Below are positions 18,734 to 28,053 of a stretch of DNA of 46,766 bases, in pieces. Source of the stretch: Terriglobales bacterium (GTDB taxonomy: Bacteria; Acidobacteriota; Terriglobia; Terriglobales; SCQP01); NCBI GenBank assembly GCA_050745425.1, contig JBOGKK010000004.1, positions 1-46,766 of the forward strand, given 5' to 3'. A model generated the notes under the pieces. The model was given only the letters and a program-made list of their open reading frames with translations, was not told the origin of the DNA and made no database searches. Numbering within the stretch: the first letter of the stretch is position 1; the number at the start of each line of letters is the position of its first letter. Position numbers and translations under genes: made by a program.

Positions 18734-19714
18734 TTGTCGCTCGCTGCCGCATCACCGTCTGCGCAAGCCGCTGCCCCGCCCCGCCGTGGCCAACACGGAT
18801 TCACCGTTTTCGCCTGGATCGTGCTCGGCTACAACGTGCTGGTGATTTTGTGGGGAACGTACGTCCGGGCAGCCGGCGCCGGCAATGGCTGCGGGCCCAA
18901 CTGGCCGCTGTGTGATGGCCAGTTTTTGCCCTCGCACCCCAAGATCAAAATGCTCATCGAGTTCGCTCACCGGGCTTCGAGCGGCGTGGACGTGATTCTG
19001 ATTGGAGGCCTGATCGTCGGCGCATTTTGGCTGTTCCCGCGCGGGCACGCAGTGCGGAAGGGGGCGGTGGCGTCGGGCATTTTCATCATCACCGAAGCGT
19101 TGCTGGGCGCTGCGCTGGTGCTATTCGGTTGGGTGGGGACCAACACTTCGGCCGCGCGTGTCAGCGCCGATTCCCTGCACCTGGCCAACACGCTGTGTCT
19201 GCTGGCCTGTGTGGCGATGACGGCGGCGTGGGCCTCGGGGCTGCCGGAATTGCGCTGGCGCGGTCAGGCGATGCGCGGCAAACTGCTGGCAGGATTGATC
19301 GGGGTGATGATTACGGCGATTTGCGGTGCGATGACGGCACTGGCCGATACGATCTTCCCTTCGCAATCGCTGGCGGCGGGCCTGCACGCGGATCTTTCGG
19401 GCACGACAGCGCTGTTGGAGCGGCTGCGGGTGATTCATCCGGCGATAGCCATTGTGGTAGGACTGTATTTGGTGTGGCTCGTTATTGAGGGTCTGCCGCA
19501 GCCGAAGCACGCGGCGACGCGGCGGCTGGGCTATGGAGTGATAGCCGCCGTGCTGGTGCAGTGGGGCTGCGGCGCGCTGGATATTGTTCTATTGACGCCG
19601 GTCTATATGCAGATCACGCATTTGCTCACCGCCGATCTGCTCTGGATCACGCTCGTGCTGTACACGCTCGCCTGGTGGGCCAAGCCCGCTCCTGAAGCCG
19701 CTCATGAAAGTTGA
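18734..19714 (+). CDS. ctaA: COX15/CtaA family heme A synthase
   Basis: 8-TM protein with GAGNGCGPNWPLCDGQ (the CtaA Cys pair) and conserved His residues in TM helices (EFAHR, HPAIA). TTG start. Confidence 0.8.
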   Translation: MSLAAASPSAQAAAPPRRGQHGFTVFAWIVLGYNVLVILWGTYVRAAGAGNGCGPNWPLCDGQFLPSHPKIKMLIEFAHRASSGVDVILIGGLIVGAFWLFPRGHAVRKGAVASGIFIITEALLGAALVLFGWVGTNTSAARVSADSLHLANTLCLLACVAMTAAWASGLPELRWRGQAMRGKLLAGLIGVMITAICGAMTALADTIFPSQSLAAGLHADLSGTTALLERLRVIHPAIAIVVGLYLVWLVIEGLPQPKHAATRRLGYGVIAAVLVQWGCGALDIVLLTPVYMQITHLLTADLLWITLVLYTLAWWAKPAPEAAHES

Positions 19715-20522
19715 AGCGCTGCACATTTATCCCGTCAAGGGGCTGCGCGGCGTGGACTTGCGAGAGAGCCCCATGGAGTGGCGCGGGCTGGCGCATGACC
19801 GGCGCTGGATGCTGGTGGATGCGCACGGCATGTTTATCTCGCAGCGCGAGGAGCCGCGGCTGGCACGCCTTAGGCCGGAGCTTTGCGCCGGCGGGTTACA
19901 GGTTGGCGACGGGGCCAGTACCATTTGCATTCCCACGCCAGAAGCGGACGCCGAGCGTCTGCCGGTCACGCTGTGGGGCGAGGCGCTGGAGGGCTATCGG
20001 GCCACGAGCGAAGCCGATGAGTGGTTTTCGCGATTTCTGGGCAAGCGCTGCCGGCTGGTGTACCAGGGCGATTTACCACGGCCGGTGCCGCGCAAATATG
20101 CGCCCGAAGACAGGCACGTCAGTTTCGTGGATGCGCTTCCGGTGCTGATCACGACGATGGAATCGCTGGGCGATCTGAACCGGCGGATGGAGAAGCCGCT
20201 GCCGATGAACCGCTTCCGTCCCAGCCTCGTCGTCAGCGGCGCTGAAGCGTGGTCCGAAGATAGCTGGAAAATGCTGTGCATCGGGAAGCTGCTGCTGAGT
20301 ATTGCCAAGCCTTGCCTGCGTTGTGCGGTCACGACGACCGACCAGCAAACGGGCGTGCGCGACGGCCGGGAACCGCTGGCAACGCTGGGCAAATTCCGGC
20401 GGGTGGACCAGGCCAGCGGCAGCGGTGTGGCGTTTGGGCAATATGCCGTTCCGCTTGCGGAAGGGGCGGTCGCGGTAGGTGAGGAGGTTGCGGTGGTGGA
20501 AGCGCAAGCGCCATTGTGCTAG
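19704..20522 (+). CDS. MOSC domain-containing protein (YcbX-like)
   Basis: N-terminal beta-barrel MKVEALHIYPVKGLRG...DRRWMLVD and the MOSC cysteine motif KPCLRCAVTTTDQQTG. Confidence 0.88.
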   Translation: MKVEALHIYPVKGLRGVDLRESPMEWRGLAHDRRWMLVDAHGMFISQREEPRLARLRPELCAGGLQVGDGASTICIPTPEADAERLPVTLWGEALEGYRATSEADEWFSRFLGKRCRLVYQGDLPRPVPRKYAPEDRHVSFVDALPVLITTMESLGDLNRRMEKPLPMNRFRPSLVVSGAEAWSEDSWKMLCIGKLLLSIAKPCLRCAVTTTDQQTGVRDGREPLATLGKFRRVDQASGSGVAFGQYAVPLAEGAVAVGEEVAVVEAQAPLC

Positions 20523-20532
20523 CTTGGACGGC

Positions 20533-22572
20533 ATGCACAAGCTGAGTTGCACCTTTTTGCTCGCTGCCGCGATTGGCCTTGCCGGCTGTCATCATGCGGC
20601 CGCACCGGCAACGCCTCCCGATCCGCTGCGCGCCGATATCGATACGTCGGTAAGCCCGGCCCAGAACTTTTTTGAGTACGCCAACGGGGGATGGCTCAAG
20701 GCGCACCCGATTCCGGCGAGCGAATCGTCGTGGGGCGTCGGCAACGAGGTGCAGGACGAAATCTGGGCGCGGCTGCGCACCATCAGCGAACGGGATGCCC
20801 AGGCGCATCCGGCGGCGGGCAGCGACGCGCAGAAAATTGGCGATTTCTGGGCGACGGCGATGAACACGGCGCAAGCGAATCAGTTGGGGCTGAAGCCGAT
20901 TGCGCCGTTCCTGAAGCAAATTGACGGTATTCAGACGCGGCAGCAGGCGCTGGCGGTGGCAGCGGCGCTGCGGCCGATCGGGCTGCGGGCGTTCTTCGGG
21001 ATGCAAGTGGGCCAAGATGAAAAAAACAGCACGCTGGAAACGGTGCACCTGGGACAGGGTGGATTGGGGCTCCCCAACCGGGATTTTTATTTCAGCACGG
21101 TGCCCAGCGTCGTGAAATTGCGGGACGCCTATCAGTCGCATTTGGGCGCGGTGCTCGAAGAGTTGGGAGAGAACGCGCCACAGGCGGACACCGACGGGGC
21201 GGCAGTGATGAAGTTTGAAACCGCACTGGCCAAAGGCTCGCGGACGGATGAGCAACTACAAGATCCCTATAAGAACTACCATCCGATGACGCCCCAGGCG
21301 CTGACGGCGCGGTATACGCCGGAGATGCGCTGGCGCGAGGAACTGACCGGGTGGAACTTGCCAGTGAAGACCGTGATCGTCGGACAGCCGGAGTTTTTCA
21401 CGGCGCTGCAAGGGGCGTTGCGAACGACGCCGGTTCCGGTGCTGCGCCACTATCTGACGCTGCATCTGCTGGCAACCTATGCGCCGTATCTGGGGGACAA
21501 GTACCGGCAAACGCATTTCGATTTCTATAACCAGCAGATGCGCGGACAACGGCAGCCGCGGCCGCTGTGGAAGCGGGCACTGGGGGCGGAGAACCGGGCG
21601 CTGGGGATGGTACTGGGACGTGAGTACGTGCACACGTACGTGCCGCCGTCGGTGAAGGAACGGTACACAAAACTGGTGGCGGCGATTCGGGCCGCGTTTG
21701 CGCGGCGGATTGAGAACCTGGCCTGGATGTCGCCCGCCACCAAAAAGCAAGCGCTGTTCAAACTGGCTGCGGTCCATGCCAAAGTCGCGTATCCAGACAA
21801 ATGGAAGAACTACTCGACGATGGTCATCAGCCGGCAGTCGTATGCCGGAAATATGATCAGCGCAGCGCGCTGGCGCTTTCACGACATGGTCTCGAAATTC
21901 GGCAAGCCGGTGGATCACTCCGAATGGGGCATGACACCGCAGACCTACAACGCCTATTACAATCCTTCCGAAAACGAGATCGTGCTGCCGGCGGCGATGT
22001 TCGTCGTGCCGGGCGTGCCCGACAAGGATCTGGATGACGCGATTGTGTATGGCTACGTGGGCGCCTCGACCATTGGCCACGAAATCACGCACGGGTTTGA
22101 TGATCAGGGGCGGCTGTACGATGCACAGGGCAACCTGAAGAACTGGTGGACGGCGCAGGACGCGAAGAACTTTCAGACGCAGGCGGCTCTGGTGGTGAAG
22201 CAGTTCGACAGCTACGAGCCATTACCCGGTCTGCACATCCGCGGCCAGGCCGCGCTCGGGGAAAATATCGCCGACTACGGAGGCATTCTCATTGGGCTGA
22301 ACGCATTCGAGCAGACGGCGGAGTACAAGGCGGACAAGAAGGTGGACGGCTTCACGCCGGTGCAGCGGTTCTTTCTGGGTTACGCGCTGGGCTGGCTCAG
22401 CCAGGAGACGACGGCGCGGCTGCGGAGTCAACTGCTGAGCGACGTGCATGCGCCGGCGAAATACCGGGTGAATGGACCCCTGTCGGACATTCCGGCGTTC
22501 TATGCTGCGTTTGATGTAAAGCAAGGCGACCCGATGTGGAGGCCGCCCAGTGAGCGACCCCACATCTGGTAG
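20533..22572 (+). CDS. M13 family zinc metallopeptidase (PepO/neprilysin-like) lipoprotein
   Basis: Lipobox AIGLAGC. NAYYNP, the zinc motif HEITHGFD and downstream GENIADYGG are M13 signatures. The start is set at the ATG that precedes the signal peptide. Confidence 0.92.
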   Translation: MHKLSCTFLLAAAIGLAGCHHAAAPATPPDPLRADIDTSVSPAQNFFEYANGGWLKAHPIPASESSWGVGNEVQDEIWARLRTISERDAQAHPAAGSDAQKIGDFWATAMNTAQANQLGLKPIAPFLKQIDGIQTRQQALAVAAALRPIGLRAFFGMQVGQDEKNSTLETVHLGQGGLGLPNRDFYFSTVPSVVKLRDAYQSHLGAVLEELGENAPQADTDGAAVMKFETALAKGSRTDEQLQDPYKNYHPMTPQALTARYTPEMRWREELTGWNLPVKTVIVGQPEFFTALQGALRTTPVPVLRHYLTLHLLATYAPYLGDKYRQTHFDFYNQQMRGQRQPRPLWKRALGAENRALGMVLGREYVHTYVPPSVKERYTKLVAAIRAAFARRIENLAWMSPATKKQALFKLAAVHAKVAYPDKWKNYSTMVISRQSYAGNMISAARWRFHDMVSKFGKPVDHSEWGMTPQTYNAYYNPSENEIVLPAAMFVVPGVPDKDLDDAIVYGYVGASTIGHEITHGFDDQGRLYDAQGNLKNWWTAQDAKNFQTQAALVVKQFDSYEPLPGLHIRGQAALGENIADYGGILIGLNAFEQTAEYKADKKVDGFTPVQRFFLGYALGWLSQETTARLRSQLLSDVHAPAKYRVNGPLSDIPAFYAAFDVKQGDPMWRPPSERPHIW

Positions 22573-22585
22573 CGGTGTGCCTCGA

Positions 22586-24160
22586 TTAGTGCTGGCCGGC
22601 AAGGGAGTTCACGAAGTTCACAAAGTCCTGGTGCAGTTTCACACGCGAGGCTTTGTGGGTGTAGAGCATGTGGCCGGAGTAGTAGTGCTCGATGCTGACG
22701 TGGGTCTGCTCGGCCGGGGTGATGAATAGGTGCTTCATGCTGTTGGTGGCCTCAAACATCGGCGTAGCCTGGTCGAAGTAGCCTTCACACAGCATGAGAC
22801 GCATCGAGGGATTCTGCTCGAAGGCGCTTGCCAGCAGCGGGGTCACGTCGGCGGTGCCGAACCAGTCGCGGCCGAGCTGATAGTTCCAGCCCGGATTGCC
22901 TGCGCCGCCCATATTGCGGTCACCGTACTCGAGCTTGGTTTTGTAGTCCAGCTCGTTGCGCAGGTAGTTCACGAACTCGTGATCGTAAGGAAGATTGATG
23001 ACGCTGCTGGGGTCGTAGCTCTGGAAGGGCGCGCCCGGCGTGCGGACGCTGCCGGTCATTTCCCCATCGTAGCGGCCGACGACCAGACCCTGGCTCTGCA
23101 GCAGCTCGGAGTCGAACTGGCCGGTGCCGATGCGCAGGTTGTTGGCATTGAGGAAGGCGGGCGGCAAGCCGGTGAAGCGCGCCATCTCGGCAACCGCCTG
23201 CTTGCGCGCGGCGCCTTGCAGGGTATCGCCTTCATCGAGGTAATGGTTGTATTTGGTGCTGGCCCACTGGTCGGCCTGCTTGACCACCTGCGGCAGCGGC
23301 TCTTTCTCGAGATCGGCGGGCAGTTTCTTGTGGTACCAGGCGATGGCGGTGAGGGTGGGCAGGGCCAGCCAGTAGGGCCGGTCGTTGCTCATCGAAGGCG
23401 AAAGCGTCATCAGGTTGAGCACGCTCGACAACAGCACCACGCCGCTGACGGGAATGTGATGCTGCACCAGCGTGCCCGCCAGACCTGCGGAGCGGAAGGT
23501 GCCGTAGCTCTCGCCGGCCAGAATGACGGGGGAGTTGAGCCGGTTGTTGTCGTAGAGCCACAAGCGGACGAACTCGCTGAACGCCTGCAGGTCGCCGCTC
23601 ACGCTGGCGGCCTTTTTGAGGTTGGCGAGTGAGGTGGCGCGGCTGTAGCCGGTGCCCATGGCGTCAATAAAGACGAGGTCGGTGGCGTCGAGCCAGGTTT
23701 GTTCATTGTCGACCATCGTGAAGGGCGGCGCGGGCATGGTGGCGTTGTCGTTCAAGGCGGCGCGGCGCGGCCCAAAGCCGCCAATGTCAACCCAGACGGA
23801 GTCGGCGCCGGGGCCACCGTTGTAGCTGAACGTCACCGGGCGCGGATGCGAGGGATCGGGGTTGTCGAGCGTGTAGGCGATGTAGAAGAGATGACCCTCG
23901 ATCTTGCCGGCGCCATCGGGTACGGGCATCTTGCCTACGGTGGCGGTGTAATGGAGCGTTTTACCGTCCATCTGGATGGTGTGGTGCGTAACCGACGGCG
24001 GCGGATCGGTGGCCGCGGTTTCGAACATGAAGGGCGACGAGGACGACGCCGGATTGGGCATGCCGCGGCGGCGGCCCTGGGCGGCGGCGGGCAGCCAGGC
24101 ACCCAGCGCCAAGGCCAGCGCCAGGCCCGCGGCGCGCACGAAGCAATTGCGAACACTCAT
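22586..24160 (-). CDS. secreted S10 family serine carboxypeptidase-like protein
   Basis: Signal peptide ending AAAQG. NGGPGADS and the nucleophile motif GESYGTF are typical of peptidase S10. Confidence 0.85.
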   Translation of the reverse strand: MSVRNCFVRAAGLALALALGAWLPAAAQGRRRGMPNPASSSSPFMFETAATDPPPSVTHHTIQMDGKTLHYTATVGKMPVPDGAGKIEGHLFYIAYTLDNPDPSHPRPVTFSYNGGPGADSVWVDIGGFGPRRAALNDNATMPAPPFTMVDNEQTWLDATDLVFIDAMGTGYSRATSLANLKKAASVSGDLQAFSEFVRLWLYDNNRLNSPVILAGESYGTFRSAGLAGTLVQHHIPVSGVVLLSSVLNLMTLSPSMSNDRPYWLALPTLTAIAWYHKKLPADLEKEPLPQVVKQADQWASTKYNHYLDEGDTLQGAARKQAVAEMARFTGLPPAFLNANNLRIGTGQFDSELLQSQGLVVGRYDGEMTGSVRTPGAPFQSYDPSSVINLPYDHEFVNYLRNELDYKTKLEYGDRNMGGAGNPGWNYQLGRDWFGTADVTPLLASAFEQNPSMRLMLCEGYFDQATPMFEATNSMKHLFITPAEQTHVSIEHYYSGHMLYTHKASRVKLHQDFVNFVNSLAGQH

Positions 24161-24249
24161 GATGAATTCCTCCGGTGGAGTTGGGGGTATCTAAACTCCG
24201 CGATTATGACAGCTATTTCGGTTACACTGACCCAGAATCGAGGGACCTC

Positions 24250-25905
24250 ATGCGCAAACTCACGTGGATGCTAGTGATGACGGTGGCCGCGCTGCTGGCG
24301 GCAGGATGTTCATCGCCATCGTCCGGCACGCGCTTCGCGTTGTCGTTTCCGGCCAGCGTGCACAGCGGGCCAATTACGGGCCGCGCGTTCGTATTCGTGA
24401 CGCGCAGCGGCGAGCGCCAGCCGCGCCTGCAGGTGGGCGGCTACAACGGCGGCATTCCCTTCTTCGGCGCGGATGTCAGCCAGCTCCAGCCCGGCCAAAG
24501 CGCCGTCATTGACGGCTCGGCGCTCGGGACCGTGGTCAAGAGTCTCACCGATCTGCCCGCCGGCGATTACTATGTGCAGGGCCTGATGAACGTCTACACG
24601 CGCTTTCCGCGCTCCGACGGCCACGTCATCTGGGCGCACATGGATCATTGGGGCGGGCAGCAGTTCAACACCGCGCCCGGCAACCTGATCAGCGCCGTCA
24701 AAAAAGTACATATTGACCCGCATCAATCGCAAACTGTCTCGCTGGCGCTCAATCAGGTTCTGCCGCCCCATGCCATGCCGGCCGACACCGGCTGGGTGAA
24801 GCACATCAAGATACAGAGCCCGATGCTGACCAGGTTCTGGGGTCATCCGATCTTCATGGGCGCCACGGTGCTGCTGCCGGCCGGCTATGCCCAACATCCG
24901 AACCAGAAATATCCGGTCGTCTACATCCAGGGCCACTTCAGCCTGCGCGCGCCCTACGGCTTCAATCCCAAGCCCAGCAAGCCGAATGCCCGCAGCGCCT
25001 ACATGCGTTCGGTGTTCGGCATGGAAACCGGCTACCAGTTCTATCAGGAATGGACGTCGGCCAGCTTTCCGCGCATGATTCTGGTCACCTTCCAGACGCC
25101 GACGCCCTACTACGACGACAGCTATACGGTGAATTCGGTGAACTCCGGCCCCTACGGCGACGCCATCATGCAGGAGCTGATTCCCTACGTGGAGACGCAT
25201 TTTCGCATCATCCGCAAGCCCAGCGCACGGATGCTGACCGGGGGCTCGACCGGCGGCTGGGAGTCGATGAACCTGATGGTGAAGCACCCGGACTTTTTCG
25301 GGGGCACCTGGACGTTCTATCCCGACCCGCTCGACTACCACCACTTCCAATCCGTCGATGTCTACAACGACAGCAACGCCTTCTGGGCGCCCGGCCTGGG
25401 TCCGTGGCTGCACACGCCGCGCTACATGTCGCGCGAGCCGGATGGCCAGCCCGAAGTCAACTATGCGCAGATGAGCCAGGCGGAAGCGGTGGAAGGCACG
25501 GATTGCCGCAGCGGCCAGCAGCTTTGCGCGTTTTTTGCTTCCTGGGGTCCGATCAGCAGCGAAGGCTACCCGGTGCCCTTCTGGAACCTGCGCACCGGCG
25601 TGATCAACAAAACCGCCGTAGATTATGGCCGCGATCATGGCTTTGACCTGACGGCTTACCTGAAAGCCCACTGGCCCACCCTCGGGCCCAAGCTCGTCAA
25701 CAAGCTGCATGTTTACGTTGGCGACATGGACACCTACTACCTCAACCTGGGCGTGTACGACATGCAGAACTACCTCAAGACCACGAAGAACCCGCACTAT
25801 GAAGGCACCTTCGTCTACGGCCGTCCGGAAAAGCCGCATGGCTGGAACGGGGGCATGACCAACGGTCAGGTTCTGCATCAGATTTACGCCGCAATCAGGA
25901 AATAG
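24250..25905 (+). CDS. esterase-like alpha/beta hydrolase lipoprotein, tandem paralog 1
   Basis: Lipobox LLAAGC. About 200-aa N-terminal domain followed by a putative-esterase fold with nucleophile elbow LTGGSTGGWES (GxSxG). The ATG at 24250 precedes the signal peptide. Confidence 0.75.
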   Translation: MRKLTWMLVMTVAALLAAGCSSPSSGTRFALSFPASVHSGPITGRAFVFVTRSGERQPRLQVGGYNGGIPFFGADVSQLQPGQSAVIDGSALGTVVKSLTDLPAGDYYVQGLMNVYTRFPRSDGHVIWAHMDHWGGQQFNTAPGNLISAVKKVHIDPHQSQTVSLALNQVLPPHAMPADTGWVKHIKIQSPMLTRFWGHPIFMGATVLLPAGYAQHPNQKYPVVYIQGHFSLRAPYGFNPKPSKPNARSAYMRSVFGMETGYQFYQEWTSASFPRMILVTFQTPTPYYDDSYTVNSVNSGPYGDAIMQELIPYVETHFRIIRKPSARMLTGGSTGGWESMNLMVKHPDFFGGTWTFYPDPLDYHHFQSVDVYNDSNAFWAPGLGPWLHTPRYMSREPDGQPEVNYAQMSQAEAVEGTDCRSGQQLCAFFASWGPISSEGYPVPFWNLRTGVINKTAVDYGRDHGFDLTAYLKAHWPTLGPKLVNKLHVYVGDMDTYYLNLGVYDMQNYLKTTKNPHYEGTFVYGRPEKPHGWNGGMTNGQVLHQIYAAIRK

Positions 25906-25909
25906 AGCG

Positions 25910-27565
25910 ATGCGCAAACTGATTTGGCTCGCTCTGCTGGCCGCCGCAGCCATGGCGGCGGCCGGCTGTACGACGCAGACCTCGGGGACGCGCTTTGCAC
26001 TGTCGTTTCCGGCCAGCATCCACAAAGGGCCGATCACCGGGCGCGCGTTCGTGTTCGTGACGCGCAGCAGCCACGGGGAACCGCGGCTGCAGGCGGGCGG
26101 CTACAACGGCAACATTCCATTCTTCGGCAAGGATGTGAGCCAGCTGCAGCCGGGGCAGACGGCCGTCATCGGCAACTCGGCGCTGGGCACGGTGGTGAAG
26201 AGCCTGGCCGCCTTGCCGCCGGGCGATTATTACGCGCAGGCACTGATGAACGTCTACACGCGCTTTCCGCGTTCCGACGGTCATGTCATCTGGGCGCACA
26301 TGGACCACTGGGGCGGGCAGCAGTTCAATACCTCGCCGGACAACCTCTATAGCGCGGTCAAGAAAATTCATATCGCGCCGGAGACATCGCAGACGGTTGC
26401 GCTCGCGCTCGACCAGGTGATTCCGCCGCACAAGGCACCGCAGGATACGCCGTGGGTCAAGCACGTCAAAATCCAGAGCGCGCTGATGAGCACGTTCTGG
26501 GGGCATCCCATCTTCATGGGAGCGACTGTGCTGCTGCCGGCCGGGTACGCGCAGCACCCGCGCGAGAGCTATCCTGTCGTTTACGTCCAGGGCCATTTCA
26601 CGCTGCACCCGCCGTATGGATTCACGACGACACCCAGCAAGCCCAGCGCACGCAGCCGGTACATGCGCTCGGTCTTCGGGGTGGAGTCGGGATACGAGTT
26701 TTACAAAGAGTGGTCGGCGCCGGGCTTTCCGAAGATGATTCTGGTCACCTTCCAGACGCCGACGCCCTACTACGACGATTGCTACGCGGTGAACTCGGTC
26801 AACAGCGGCCCTTGCGGCGACGCGATCCTGCAGGAGCTGATCCCCTATGTGGAAACCCACTTCCGCATTGACCGCAAGCCGAGCGCGCGCATGCTCACCG
26901 GGGGCTCGACCGGGGGCTGGGAGTCGATGAACCTGATGATCAAGCATCCGGACTTTTTTGGAGGGACGTGGTCGCTCTATCCGGATCCGCTCGATTTCCA
27001 TCACTTTCAGGTGCTGGACCTGTATCAGGATGCGAATGCGTTCTGGGCGCCGGGGTTGGGGCCATGGCTGCGCACGCCGCGCTACACGGCACGGCAGACC
27101 GATGGGCAGCCGGTGATCAGTGTGGCCGAGATGAGCCAGGCGGAGGCGGCGGAGGGCACGCAGGGCCGCAGCGGGCAGCAGTTTGACGCCTGGTTCGCGA
27201 CCGGGGGTCCGATCGACGCGGACGGGTATCCGGTGGCGTTCTGGAATCTGCGCACGGGAGCGATTAACCGCGCCGCGGTCGATTATGCCCGGGATCATGG
27301 CTACGATTTGACGGCCTATCTGAAAGCGCACTGGACGACGCTGGGGCCGAAGCTGGTGAACAAGCTGCGCGTCTATGTGGGTGACATGGATACCTACTAC
27401 CTGAATCTGGGCGTGTATGACATGCAGCGCTTTCTCGCATCAACGAAGGATCCGCACTACGCGGGGACGTTTGTTTACGGCAGGCCGGAAAAGCCCCATG
27501 GCTGGAACGGCGGGATGACCGATGGGGAGCTTCTGCGGCAGATCGATGCCGCAATCAAGCGGTAG
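25910..27565 (+). CDS. esterase-like alpha/beta hydrolase lipoprotein, tandem paralog 2
   Basis: Colinear with the previous gene over its full length, with most residues identical by eye. Lipobox MAAAGC and the same LTGGSTGGWES motif. Only 4 nt separate the two genes. Confidence 0.75.
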   Translation: MRKLIWLALLAAAAMAAAGCTTQTSGTRFALSFPASIHKGPITGRAFVFVTRSSHGEPRLQAGGYNGNIPFFGKDVSQLQPGQTAVIGNSALGTVVKSLAALPPGDYYAQALMNVYTRFPRSDGHVIWAHMDHWGGQQFNTSPDNLYSAVKKIHIAPETSQTVALALDQVIPPHKAPQDTPWVKHVKIQSALMSTFWGHPIFMGATVLLPAGYAQHPRESYPVVYVQGHFTLHPPYGFTTTPSKPSARSRYMRSVFGVESGYEFYKEWSAPGFPKMILVTFQTPTPYYDDCYAVNSVNSGPCGDAILQELIPYVETHFRIDRKPSARMLTGGSTGGWESMNLMIKHPDFFGGTWSLYPDPLDFHHFQVLDLYQDANAFWAPGLGPWLRTPRYTARQTDGQPVISVAEMSQAEAAEGTQGRSGQQFDAWFATGGPIDADGYPVAFWNLRTGAINRAAVDYARDHGYDLTAYLKAHWTTLGPKLVNKLRVYVGDMDTYYLNLGVYDMQRFLASTKDPHYAGTFVYGRPEKPHGWNGGMTDGELLRQIDAAIKR

Positions 27566-27575
27566 GTTGGGGTGG

Positions 27576-27677
27576 GCGAGCGTCGTGACTGAGGCGCTCG
27601 GGCAAAAGTTTGATGGCGACCTCGCGCTGGAGTTGGTGGTCGCGGGCGCGGAAGACTTCGCCCATGCCGCCGGCGGC
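27576..27677 (-). pseudogene. remnant of a Ser/Thr protein kinase N-terminus (Gly-loop to the VAIK lysine only)
   Basis: The frame encodes AAGGMGEVFRARDHQLQREVAIKLLPERLSHDA. That is the GxGxxG loop plus the catalytic-Lys strand of Hanks kinases. It runs into a stop about 10 nt before the esterase-2 stop codon, and no other kinase subdomains follow. Confidence 0.55.
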
Positions 27678-28053
27678 GTCCTCGCGCATTCGGCTTCGGC
27701 CGGGGCTGTGGCTGGGCTTGGCTCCCCGGCAATGAACGCTGACACTTGCTCGTGGCCGCTCCAGGTTGCCGCGAGCGGGCGAGCGACCGCCGCCGTACTG
27801 CTCCCAGTACTGGTGGCGGATGCCGTCTTGCAACAGCGACGCGGCGCTCAGTACTGCGAGATATCCGAGAATATATAGAACATAAATCATATATTTTCTA
27901 TGATGTAATTAGGCCCGCCGGAGTTGCTCGAAAGGGAGCCCTTATTCAGCCGGCGCGTAGTGCACGCGTGCAGCGCCACGCCGTGAGCGCTTGCGCAGAC
28001 ACGGCTGGGGCCGGTACTATGCGCTGGTGCTGTTTATAAATTTAGAGGGACAA

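Noticed and set aside
24310-27331. Two long minus-strand ORFs (575 aa and 478 aa) antisense to the esterase-like paralogs
   Set aside because: They mirror the duplicated plus-strand genes, are Arg/Ala/His-rich with no motifs, and the sense frames carry lipoboxes and a GxSxG catalytic motif.
27555-27890. 111-aa ORF as a genuine gene
   Set aside because: Only residues 72-105 look like protein (a kinase fragment). The N-terminal part is encoded by the AT-rich patch and an unrelated sequence. I treat it as a pseudogene remnant rather than a functional CDS, though expression was not excluded.
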